Of a stretch of DNA of 64,000 nucleotides, positions 1 to 10,359 are shown one piece after another. The notes under the pieces were generated by a model, which saw only the letters and a list, made by a program, of their open reading frames with translations, did no database searches and was not told the DNA's origin. Source of the stretch: Trichosphaerium sp. ATCC 40318 (lineage: Eukaryota > Protista > Tubulinea); contig JALMLS010000612.1 of NCBI GenBank assembly GCA_038496445.1, positions 186,001 through 250,000 on the forward strand. Direction: 5' to 3'. Numbering within the stretch: the stretch's first letter is position 1; every line of letters begins with the position of its first letter. The translations under genes were made by a program, and so were the position numbers.

Positions 1-961
1 AATATCCTGACTCCACCTTGTTTAGTCTTTGAACTACTTGGTAGAGAGTATAAAAGACGCACAAGCTCTTGTAACTCCTTTCTGGAAGGCATCTGATATG
101 GAGTCCAACAGTTGGTGCATCAAAGCACAAAACAGTATCATTAACTTCAACAACTCAAAGAATGTTTCAGTGACAGAGACACTTTCATCAAATATTGTAT
201 CCTTTGGAGAGTCTAAGCCTACAGTAGATTTATCTACGTCTTACGTACATGACATATGACATCTTTTTGAGGCGCTTATGACTGCTAGATTCTGGAGTTA
301 AAAACATCTGTTTACAACACTTACAAATTGAATCCTTTTGATGTGTCGACAGAACCTGAAGCCGCTTTGAATATTGCTTGTAAATCAAAATCTCAAGACG
401 CGGCACTAGCTATTGTCAACTCTAGTATACCACATGGGAATGAGGCATCATGTGAAGATATAAACAAATTAGCTGTTAAAACTGCCTTGGCTTTATTGTC
501 TGACTCTCAACGTAATCGGTATGTAACCAACACTGCTCGTTGTACCTTTTACTAAGCTCCACAAGATATGAAAACTATGGTAGTAAGCTATCTTTTATAA
601 AAGATAGCCTGAGCGAAATGGGTAGCGAATGGATTCTAGCAGATCTTCAATTTAATCAAGTATGTACATACTTGCTTTTGTATTTTCTTCTATTTGATTT
701 CCTTGATTAAACATTAACACTTAAATAGCAAGGAGATCATTATGTTGTGCAATCCAATGCATTAATTACTGACGTAAATTTTCCTATAAAATGGCTTGGT
801 GGTATGCACTACTGCAAGCTGCTTTCTCCTGCTAGAGCGGTATGACTTTTTTCTTCTCTTTTGGTTCATAAAGGACTCGTCTGATCTACATCTAGGTTGA
901 ATGGATGCTTGTCGACGGACTAAAACCACAATCAGAATCGATTCAAAATGTTATTGAATAA
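1..961 (+). CDS. 3' part of a conserved uncharacterised protein with C-terminal GGMHYCKLLSPARAVEW motif; 5' end outside window
   Basis: Spliced exons (29-259, 328-519, ~566-659, ~729-840, ~897-961) give ...WLGGMHYCKLLSPARA|VEWMLVDGLKPQSESIQNVIE*, with GT-AG introns between them. Confidence 0.65.
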
Positions 962-1098
962 CTATACCCAATTCGATAGTGTCCGTAGTTGTTTTAACCT
1001 TTGAATTCAAAGCTTCTGTATAATAAGTAAATTTATGCTAGTGGATGAAACTAAAGCGCCATGACTTAAGCTATTTTTATTTTCTGTTGAACATTCGG

Positions 1099-2633
1099 AT
1101 GCTTACCATTACACAACTAGTAATTGTCCTTTGTTGTTTATCAACTATTGTAATAGCCAAACCCTATGAATGTCGTGATCGTACAAAATGGCCATTCAGG
1201 TGCGCTAGTATGGCTACCTAGTCCCAAAGACTTAATTGTTACTTATTTAGTGCGCAATCTATTTGGAATATGCCGATTGGATCAAACGCTGAATTTGCAC
1301 GTGCAAATATTTTTCAGTCAATAAAACCAAAAAACTTTTTCTCTGATGATGACTACTTCTTCGAAACATCATACAACGATCCCAGAGTGCCATGGTATGA
1401 CCAAGGATGGTGGGGAGAGGTAAATTGCCAAAAAAGGCAAATATATTACTTCTAACACAACTTACAGCCAAGTGGCGAAGCTCATTGTAATATAACAGGA
1501 AAGCTTGTTGCAGAAGTATATTTTCCGCACGATACCATAGTAACAGCGTGAGAAAAATGAGTTTCTTTTCTAGGTTTTTTGAAATCTGATTTGAAAAATT
1601 TTGACGAAATAGAAGGCCTGATAATATTTAGATTTGGTAATAATAACGCTGCTGGGATACTTCAACCAGATAATATAACATTACTACAACTTCAACCCAT
1701 ATATCGTTGTAAGGAAGGTTCGTTCAAGACATTGTACTAGTACCTTTTTCTAATTGTTTTCTTCTCCTTTTTAGGGTCACCTGTACTAGCGCAAGCGCAG
1801 TGGTTGAAACATAACGTGAGTATCCTTGGAGAAGGCGCGGAAGGGGCACATGGCGGAAGTGGATTATCATCAATTGGAGGTACACTACATTTTTAGTTGC
1901 AAGAAGTTGAAAACAAAACTAGTCGATTTTCAATTAGTTCTACCAGCCAAAACAAATATTATCTAGGCACAATTCGACTAAAGGAACTGTTACCGGATTC
2001 TCCACCTATTAGACATGCACTTAAGTTAGAGCTATTTGCTAAAGATTATTACTATGGTGGCGAAGAACATCCTTGCTATCATTGGCCAGCGAGAACATGT
2101 GATGGATACGCACATGATCCTCATGCAAAGTGCGCTTGATAATTTTTCGCCGAAACCGCTTTTCTTATCCTTCATAGGCTACGCTACAACGGAACTAACC
2201 CGTATCTTACACCGGGAAGTCTTTTGGCTGTACCAAAGGACACTCAGGTAAGTTTACATCAGCTGATAGTCACATAATCATTTGGCTAGGTGGATGTTTC
2301 TACAGTTCCTGGAAAGAAAATTCTCTCAGCGCTAAGAAATTATGGAGGATATCTTTGCGATGACACTGCTGACAATAGAGGCATGCGTATACGATTTTTA
2401 GATTCTTAATACGTATTTACAGTTTTAAAGGCACTATTTGCACCGAGCATGGAGTCACAGACGAGTTTATGAATGAATATAAAATGTCTTTTAACTCAAA
2501 TCAAGGACCTTTTTATGATGATCTATTAGCAATATTTCAAGCGCTTCAAATAGTTAAAAACAATACTCCTACATCCATCGGTGGAGGTGGTATTCCAATA
2601 GTACCAATTGCGCCTCCAATTTGCGGTGCATGA
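1099..2633 (+). CDS. Secreted protein of a mostly bacterial uncharacterised family (WPF..SIWNMPIGS / GAHGGSGLSSIGGTIR / YGGYLCDD motifs)
   Basis: Signal peptide MLTITQLVIVLLLFINYCNS; multi-exon ORF with SIWNMPIGSNA, HGGSGLSSIG|GTIRLKEL, IRHALKLEL, ALRNYGGYLCDD, ending NNTPTSIGGGGIPIVPIAPPICGA*. Confidence 0.75.
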
Positions 2634-3299
2634 TACTGTTTAACGAAACTACGAATAAACACATGATACACTGCATGTTTGATTCTGAATAAACGATTGC
2701 ATACAAAAATTTAGATTGATTGGACTGACATTGATAATACAATCAATCTGGGAGGAAAGACTGTCAGTGTTTGGTGTATCTGGTGTAGCCACACGAGCGT
2801 ATTTATTCTACATTTAGACAATCGTGTGATATGCAAAGTTGGAGTTGAAAGCTAAAAGGAACACAAAACAAGGATTTTAGGTGCCGTAATACTTGATTGA
2901 TTACCATTATCCCTTGAGTATCCCTGCGTTTACGCAGTGATAACTAGACACAAATTTTCTCTGGCAGCAGTTTTGGCTTAAAGTTTCACTTACATCAATC
3001 TCAGTTGCGACTCTTCATTCATTAAGGCAAAAGAAATATAATTCAAAAAATATATATAGAACGGTTTTGCTACTGGTAACGCATGACTATTTGTAGGTAG
3101 CATGAAGCATCTGCAAGCACGTCTCTTCAACATTGTTTTTTTGACACGTGTCAAAGGAACTATTAACTGAAGTTCCTGTGACACGTATGCAAAATTGTAA
3201 GTTCCTGTACAAGTTCCTCTGGTTCAAGATTTTTATTGAAAAATAAAAACCAGAATACATACAGGCATTACAACATCTAACCGGCAATCAACTTAGTCT

Positions 3300-6200
3300 A
3301 TGATGATAACAATACTCAAAGTTTGTACTCTTTTGCTACTTGTCTACGTAGCGAAAAGCGCTAAAAGGTGCCATAAAATCATCAACAATACTTACTTACA
3401 CATCACTAGTGGCGTTAACAACAATATCGTATCGATTTTGGAGGCAGCTTGCGAACAATCGCCATGGGTACGTAACGTCCATAAATAATACTTTTTTATG
3501 CTCAGTCGCTGGTGCGCACGTTTTCTTAACCGTCTTTGATAGTGTCCAGACATGCAGAGATTTGCTGACACGCTAGCACACATAAGCTCCAGTGCATTCA
3601 AAGTGCCCATTATAGGGCCATACAGTACCGGTTCGTATTCTAATATGGCTAAAAAACACTTTTTGACAAAAATATAAAAGGTAAAACGATGTGTTTGAAT
3701 GCACTATTGGGCGGCAAGATTAGCCCTTCAACTGATAGAGCAAATACTGGTTGTATCATTTACATAGAATATGACGAAACGGCAAATGATACAACTCTAA
3801 TAACAAGAAGTAACGATGGTGTAGAAGAAATACTCGTTTATGGAAATGATAAAGTTCATGACAAGTACGAAAAAAAAAAATACCTTTTTTCTTAATGCGA
3901 ACCCACGTGACATGCATTTTTGATTTAAGGGCGTCCTACCACAATGACCTTAACTATTTTATACATTCTTTAAATCAACTGTAACTCATCATACTACATC
4001 CTCACATGCAATAAACACGCTAGCCTTTAATTTGGCTTCGAATATTAATGTGACGGTTTGTATTTTGGGTTTTTTCACGCGTTTTCTGGTTCTCAATTAT
4101 ACATTCTCTGATTTCGCTTATACTACATCAATGCTACAAAACCACCTATTAAACATGATTTGAGATAAATTCAGCTTTGAATATAGATTTTAAGAAAAGT
4201 GTTTAGCTTAATTTGGAAAGAGAATCTTAATTTAGTATTTTTTCTTTTTTACACATTTATGAATTGGATTTAAACGTAGGCATAGCACCACCAGCACTAT
4301 TAAAAGCACAATAACAAAATTTGAAGTTTGAATACTGGTTTTATCTTGAGTAATGATGTAAAATACTCTAAAACGCGTTTATATTGCCATAAAACGCATT
4401 TTGGATACTTTTCGTTTTTGGAAAGTGAGTTTGAACAGTTTTTTTTTTTCAATTGTTTAAAGGCCACCAGAGGTTCTACTCTAGAGCGCTGTTCTGGTTG
4501 AACTAGGTGTATGCAATATGCAACCTAAAAATCAGGCCATTTAAGGCACTCTGGTCATTGTGGTAGGACGCCCTTAAGATCGAGTTGATTCTTTAAAAAT
4601 ATTTCATGCGTAAGTTTGTTTATTGGCGCATAGGTTGATACAAGTTAATTCACTTGATTTGTTTACAGATGGCCCAGTATTACAGTTTACAGACCTTGAC
4701 CTAGTTGTTAAAACTAATAATATCATGTTGAAACCAACATCAGACGATGACTTTCCTCTTACTTTAATTGACACTGGAGGATATAATGATGTTGTTCAAA
4801 GCAAAGCTGGTCAAGTATGTAAAGACAAGGTTCGTACCCTTCACTTTAGCTTGTTCTCATTTTTTTCTAGTCAATCGCTCAAGTGGCTTCCTCTGATGCC
4901 ATTATATTCATGATAAAATGGGGAGGCGATCAAGCAAAGGATCTTAACGAGCAAATAGAATACGTACTAAAAGTTAGACCTCTATTCTTCGAACAGAACA
5001 GTCATCGTCTTTTTGTGGTTGTCAACTTTTTAAACAAATGTATTGATTCGATAGACAACGGTAAACCAGAAGATCAGGACGACCACAGCTACTGCTACTC
5101 TACCCTCAAAAAAGCTGGGGTAGATGCGTTTCATACAGCTGGTATATCAATAAGCCAGAATCAAGTCTTTCCAATAAGTGCCAGAGATGCTCTTCTCGCT
5201 CGCATATGTTCAAATGCTAAGCTCTCTCCCAAAGAATCTAAGTATGTCATACAAATTCACAAAAGTGCAACACTTAATGTTACCTTTTAGGGTTCTAGAA
5301 AGGGTGTTAGATAACAATCTTGGTAGATCTGAAGCGTGCTCCGCTGTATTAGAAGCTAGTGGTCTTCCAGAGCTTGAACGTGCTTTGAACAAATTCTTGG
5401 CAGAAAACAGAAAACATGTAAAGCATGTGGGAAATATTGAAGCGGTACAAGCTGCCATACAGACACTAGAAGAAGAAGCGCATGGTGCTAAGATAAAAAG
5501 AGAACAAGAGATCAAAAAAGAAAAGCAACTGTTAAACAGTGTTGCATCTCGATTAGATGAATTAGAGGTATGTACAACTTTGGTTGCGGTACTTTTTGCG
5601 AATAGCCACGTGATTTGTGTGGTTTCAACAAAAAAGCTGTTTCTTCAAATACAAGACAAAACGTAGTTGCACTTACTATCCTACAAACGTTCTCATTTCT
5701 TATTTACCCAGGTGGATGGTATAAACACTGAGTTGGAAGCTACAGTGACATCAGAAAGAGAAAAACACAGACACTATCAACAAAGTTGTAGTGATGCTGT
5801 TTCTAATTATATCCATTCAGTAACGTCCTCAAATAAAGGGAATGTAGAAAGTAAACTAGAAAGCGATTTTAATAGCTTTGTTTCAGCTTGGGGATCACCT
5901 GATATGTTTCCTCATAAATCAATACAGAAAATCTGTGATGGACTAGAAAAAGAACACGTGATATTACAACAATACGGATATACTTCAGATTTTTCTTGCC
6001 CCACTTTAGAGAAACCGCTAAATATTGGCTCTTCAATATCGACACTCAAGAATCAAATATCATCCGCACATGTACAACATTGTGGTCACTGCGGTTCACA
6101 CAAGGGCAAAAAGAAATATAAGTATTTTGGAAAAAGAAAAACAATTTGCAACCATTGCCATATTTATTCTACACCAACCACACATCTTTCTTCATTGATG

Positions 6201-6532
6201 CGTAAACAATGCATCACATTGAACAAGCATTTCAATAGCATCAACACAGCTATGTCAAAATTGAGATCCTTAAAAAAAGAAATGAAACAGTTTGCAACCA
6301 ATGTCAAACCAAATGAAGATACAATCAAACAAGCAGACGAATTCCTCGCACAAGTATCACCCTCAAAGCAAACCTTAAATGACATGAAAGTAATAGTTAC
6401 ACTTGCTCCCAAAGTACTTCAATATTACAGGTAAGTTTGTTGTGTCAAAAATTTAGCTAATTTTGTTGCTTAGTTATTTCGTTTGGAGCTCCTATGATTG
6501 GTGATTCACAGGTAAAAGAAGCAGCTATCTAA
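3300..6532 (+). CDS. Dynamin-like P-loop GTPase with signal peptide and coiled coil, copy A; lipase domain deleted/truncated (possibly a pseudogene)
   Basis: G1 IIGPYSTG|KT, G3 LIDTGG, G4-like VVVNFLN, FPISARDAL and SGLPELERAL (bacterial-DLP-like). Deletion junction ...TLAPKVLQYY joins in frame; premature TAA at 6530-6532 in the residual lipase exon. Confidence 0.8.
3929..4573. mobile_element. 645-bp non-autonomous DNA transposon (MITE) with TTAA target-site duplication and GG..CC termini (Kolobok-like), intronic
   Basis: Perfect 21-bp TIRs GGGCGTCCTACCACAATGACC (3929-3949) and its complement (4553-4573); TTAA at 3925-3928 and 4574-4577; the paralogous site at ~23011 has a single TTAA (empty site). 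Confidence 0.95.
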
Positions 6533-6577
6533 AAGAAAGTTGAAGACCAGATACACAACTTTGTCAGGAAGGTACAG

Positions 6578-6885
6578 AACCACTTTAGAGAAACCGCTAA
6601 ATATTGGCTCTACAATATCGACACTCAAGAATCAAATATCATTTGCACAAGTACAGAATTGTGATTACTGCGGTTCAAACAGGGGCAAAAAGAAATATGT
6701 ATTTATTGTACAATAAAACAAGAAAAACAATTTGCAACCATTGCCACATTTATTCTACACCAACCACACATCTTTCTTCATTGATGCATAAACAATGCAT
6801 GAATGACACTGAACAAGCATTTCAATAGCATCAACACAGCAATGTCGAAGTTGAGATAATTAAAAAGAGAAATGAAACAGTTTGG
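6578..6885 (+). pseudogene. Degenerate tandem re-duplication of the ~6001-6295 exon segment of the GTPase gene
   Basis: CCACTTTAGAGAAACCGCTAAATATTGGCTC...GAAATGAAACAGTTTG is repeated with indels and stops; the shared peptide KTICNHCHIYSTPTTHLSSLM is in ORF 6604-6828. Confidence 0.9.
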
Positions 6886-6925
6886 CAATAGAATAAAAAA
6901 GAAAAACTTAGAATTTAAACAGAAT

Positions 6926-7857
6926 TTATTGAGATTGTTCATGATTATGACGCTTTTTACAATGGCAGTTACACTTTGGTCTTAACGTTGCCCCCAAGGT
7001 TTTTTTCCTTTTATCAGTGAATAACATGAGGTATATACAACCTCCCACAAAGCATAGAATCAAAGCATCATCTAAACAAATCTCGTAAACAAAAAACCAA
7101 CAAAATTTAACAGTTTCACTTGCTAAAAGGGCGTACCTATACCCAATCCTGGTTTACCGCCACGGTTTCTGTTTTCTTTACCAAGGAGCGAGGCATGAAT
7201 CATATGCGTGTACTGAACATTGCTAGAGTCTTTTAAAGTGAAACAAATATCGATATTATCATGCAACTCTTCTGGTATACTTTCTATCTCATCAACATCA
7301 AAGAACGATAAGATTAACCTATCATAACCTCTCCTTTCGTAGCTTTCTAGAGTGATATTACCTCCCTTAATATCGAGTTAATTAAAACAAACAACCGAAT
7401 AAAAAGGACGCAGATTGATTTAACTTTTTACCACTTCACTTTTCAAAGGCTTAGCGCGGTAATTGTACATCCTTGGTGGTTCAAAACAAAAACATAGACG
7501 TGATTTTACCCCACCAAGGTACTGAGAGACGAATCAAATATCCAAAAAAAAAAGGAATTCAATTTTTAGATTGAAATGAACAAAAAGAAGAAAACGTACA
7601 ATTGAGAGTTCTTGATTAATGCTGTTCTCTGTGAACTCCATATTGAATCTTCTTTCGATAAAGTTATCTAAATCACTGCGCTCGAACATTATAGCGCTTA
7701 TACCCAAGTGAATGGGATGAGCGATTTGAATGTTAGTCTTTAGAACCATCGTAGATTCCGATGTGTAGTGTAGCGAAGCATTTGTCAAGTGTACGCTGCA
7801 AGGGTACTCTACGGCTACTACCATTGTCGAAATAGCAAGAAGGAGTATTAGAATCAT
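6926..7857 (-). CDS. Uncharacterised type I membrane/secreted protein (distant paralogue of 8169-9066)
   Basis: Signal peptide MILILLLAISTMVVA; last exon DDALILCFVGGCIYLMLFT followed by a basic Cys/His tail KRKK..CNCHCKKRH. Confidence 0.65.
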
Positions 7858-8168
7858 GTTTGCGTTGTTTAGTAGATGCGTTTAACGTTGTTTGAGCTTG
7901 AAAAAAATGATTTTGGATCGTGATTGATAAACAGGAAAAAGATATCTATCACTCGCTTAGGTTTTCCCGCTTAACTGTTCCAAAGAGTATCTAATAAATC
8001 AAGTTAATACATGCCAGTAGTTGCACGAAAAAAGGTGCGTTGTAGTCAAGATATTTTCAATCATTGCTTCAGTGAATCGAACAAAACAAAGGTGATTGAA
8101 AGTTGATTTCGTATTTTTAATCACTTTAGCAAACCAACACCACATCAACAACTCCTGCAGACACCAAT

Positions 8169-9066
8169 ATGTACTTAAAGCTTATTGTTATGTATGTAGT
8201 CTTAATTGCAAATACCACCGCACTGCAACTGAATGAAAAATGTCCATTACAGATAAAATCGTCAACCTTGCAATTGCTAGAGACGAATGATTTGGAGTAC
8301 ACCATTGCAATGCATTTTGATTCACCACTAACCCTTGGGGTCATTGGTACAATGTATCATAAACAAGACACTTCCCAGCAAGTATCTTTTAGCTATACTG
8401 TTGATATAATAGAAGAGCACACAACTTTGGTACATAATCAATCATTTGTTTTATTCATTTATTGAGTAGAGCGCTATTTTATCAATCAAAGATTTTCAAC
8501 AGTACTACCCTGACGAAATTCCAAATACTGTCACTCTTTCGTTCACGGATGCCAATCAATCAGAAATATGTGTTGATTTACCTGTTGTTGGGCCTTCGTA
8601 CTTGTTTACACTATCTGCTTCTCGACGCAAACAGCGACTACACCCCTTAGCACCTCTTAAAGAAAACCCAAATTCAACAGCTCTTGTTCTGTATGAGGAA
8701 CAAAATCAAAAAGAGCCAACAATGATCAATCGCCTACCCATGTGTAACACTTGCGAACCACGCAAAGAGCGGAAACCTGCTAAAAAGTTCGTAAAGAGTG
8801 ACACGTGCGATGCATGCAAAGCGCACAAACTACATAAGGAGTCTGTGCAACGAAAAAGTGCGCTAATACAACAAGGTGTTGAATTGTCTAACGTTGTTCT
8901 TGTAGTTGAACGATACGTCATGGTCTTTGCTGGATGTGGTATCATTTTAGGTTTATTCAGTAGTAATGCCACTAGTATAAGCAGTCATAAGAGCTGTGAT
9001 TCAAGTTTTAAACGTGGAAGGAAGGGAAAGCGTGTTAAACCAAAAAGGACAAAGATGAAAGGATAA
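8169..9066 (+). CDS. Uncharacterised type I membrane protein with CxxC motifs and a basic tail
   Basis: Signal peptide MYLKLIVMYVVLIANTTA; one intron ~8430-8470; CNTC and CDAC; hydrophobic YVMVFAGCGIILGLF; K/R-rich C-terminus. Confidence 0.7.
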
Positions 9067-9440
9067 ACATTCAAAACGATCATTACAATCATGTTCATAC
9101 ATTACTTTTATTACTCTTATACAATGTTTTGTGCACAATAAAATAGTTACATACAATACGTTGTAAGACAATATCAAAGAGATTCTAACAGCCTACAAAG
9201 ATGCCTTCAATCAATATGTACAATCTGAGTACTCCTTCAGTTTTCTCTTTGGTACTCGTCGAACAAAAAGACAGGTAATGTCATGCTGTTGATTCGGTGA
9301 TTCGTTTGCATGTATCTTAAGGCCAAGAGTTGGGATGTAAACGACCATTAGCATGCTTTGATTTGCATGCAAAGCGTTATTCAATTGTTCATCGTAGATA
9401 ACCTCCTAGTTTATGTACAACTTGGGGTCAAAGGTTGCTG

Positions 9441-10271
9441 TTAGATTATAATAGGTTCTTTCAATGTTCTCCAGTTATCAAGGATTGTCGCCACTAGTAC
9501 AGAGAAAATAAGTAAAGAACAATGACCTAGAAGAAATATTTGTTGTACAATAGGCTTCTTTTATTTGACTCTGATTCAGCCATCTATCATAAAAATCAAC
9601 TAAAAGGAACCTGTTAGTGAAGGATAACGGCGTGAGGCGCAGAAAGCGTACAAAGCTCCTCGGGTGATGTTTCGTGAGTTATGTCCTCAAGAATTACTGC
9701 TTTAGTGTGGTATTCACGGTCGTACCTACATGATTTTAGATGTGCAACATAGCGAAGATTACTTACATTCGAGACATCATCCAAAGCCATTCCATGTAGT
9801 CTGCAAGAGAATAGCCATGTACCGAACGCTTACACGCTGCTACAACGTCAATACGCTTGGTAGTGTACCAGGAGTTGCATTCACGCCAAAGTTTTCCAAA
9901 TGACATTGCAATATCACGCATGGAGTCTCTACGCTAGTGTTATACCACAGTAACGCAGACAGTCTAAAACGTACAAATGATGCCTCAATTCTGTAAAAGC
10001 ACGCTCAAACTCGCTAATATGTTTTCCACAAAGCAAATCACGCATGTTTGGTACATCTTCAAGCACTCCAAGTGAAACACCTTCATTTGCTAACAGTTCG
10101 AGATGCTTTGACGTCTCAACTAGTTTATAGAACACCTAAACTGCTTTTAGCGAAAACCAGCACTTATTTTGTAAATACAGGCGCTGAAATCCTTAAAACC
10201 GCTCTCCAACCAGCAATATTCTCTTCAGCCTTTGTAAAAAAATGCTCAACGCGCTTTAAATTAGCCAACAT
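9441..10271 (-). CDS. Small conserved helical protein resembling the C1orf109/AIRIM (CK2-substrate) family
   Basis: Spliced: MLANLKRVEHFFTK...SLGVLEDVPNMRDLLCGK...SLADYMEWL...YDREYHTKAVILEDI...RWLNQ; family assigned from motif memory only. Confidence 0.5.
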
Positions 10272-10359
10272 AGCGCCAGAATCTGTTTTAGGGCAGGAAA
10301 AAACTTTGACCTTTTTCTGTTTTATTTCAGGCTTTTTTTAACTATTCAAACCAAGACAT

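Larger units (their letters stand above)
2575..6577 (+). repeat. Copy A of an inverted segmental duplication (partner ~20420-24060)
   Basis: ORFs 3300-3488 and 3392-3610 are identical to 23451-23639 and 23329-23547 on the opposite strand; ORFs 4623-6434 are near-identical to 21069-22965; diverged similarity extends to 2575-2700 vs ~23930-24060. Confidence 0.95.

Noticed and set aside
2715-3055. Segment present in duplication copy A flank but absent from copy B; possible insertion element
   Set aside because: No clear terminal repeats or target-site duplication; could equally be a deletion in copy B
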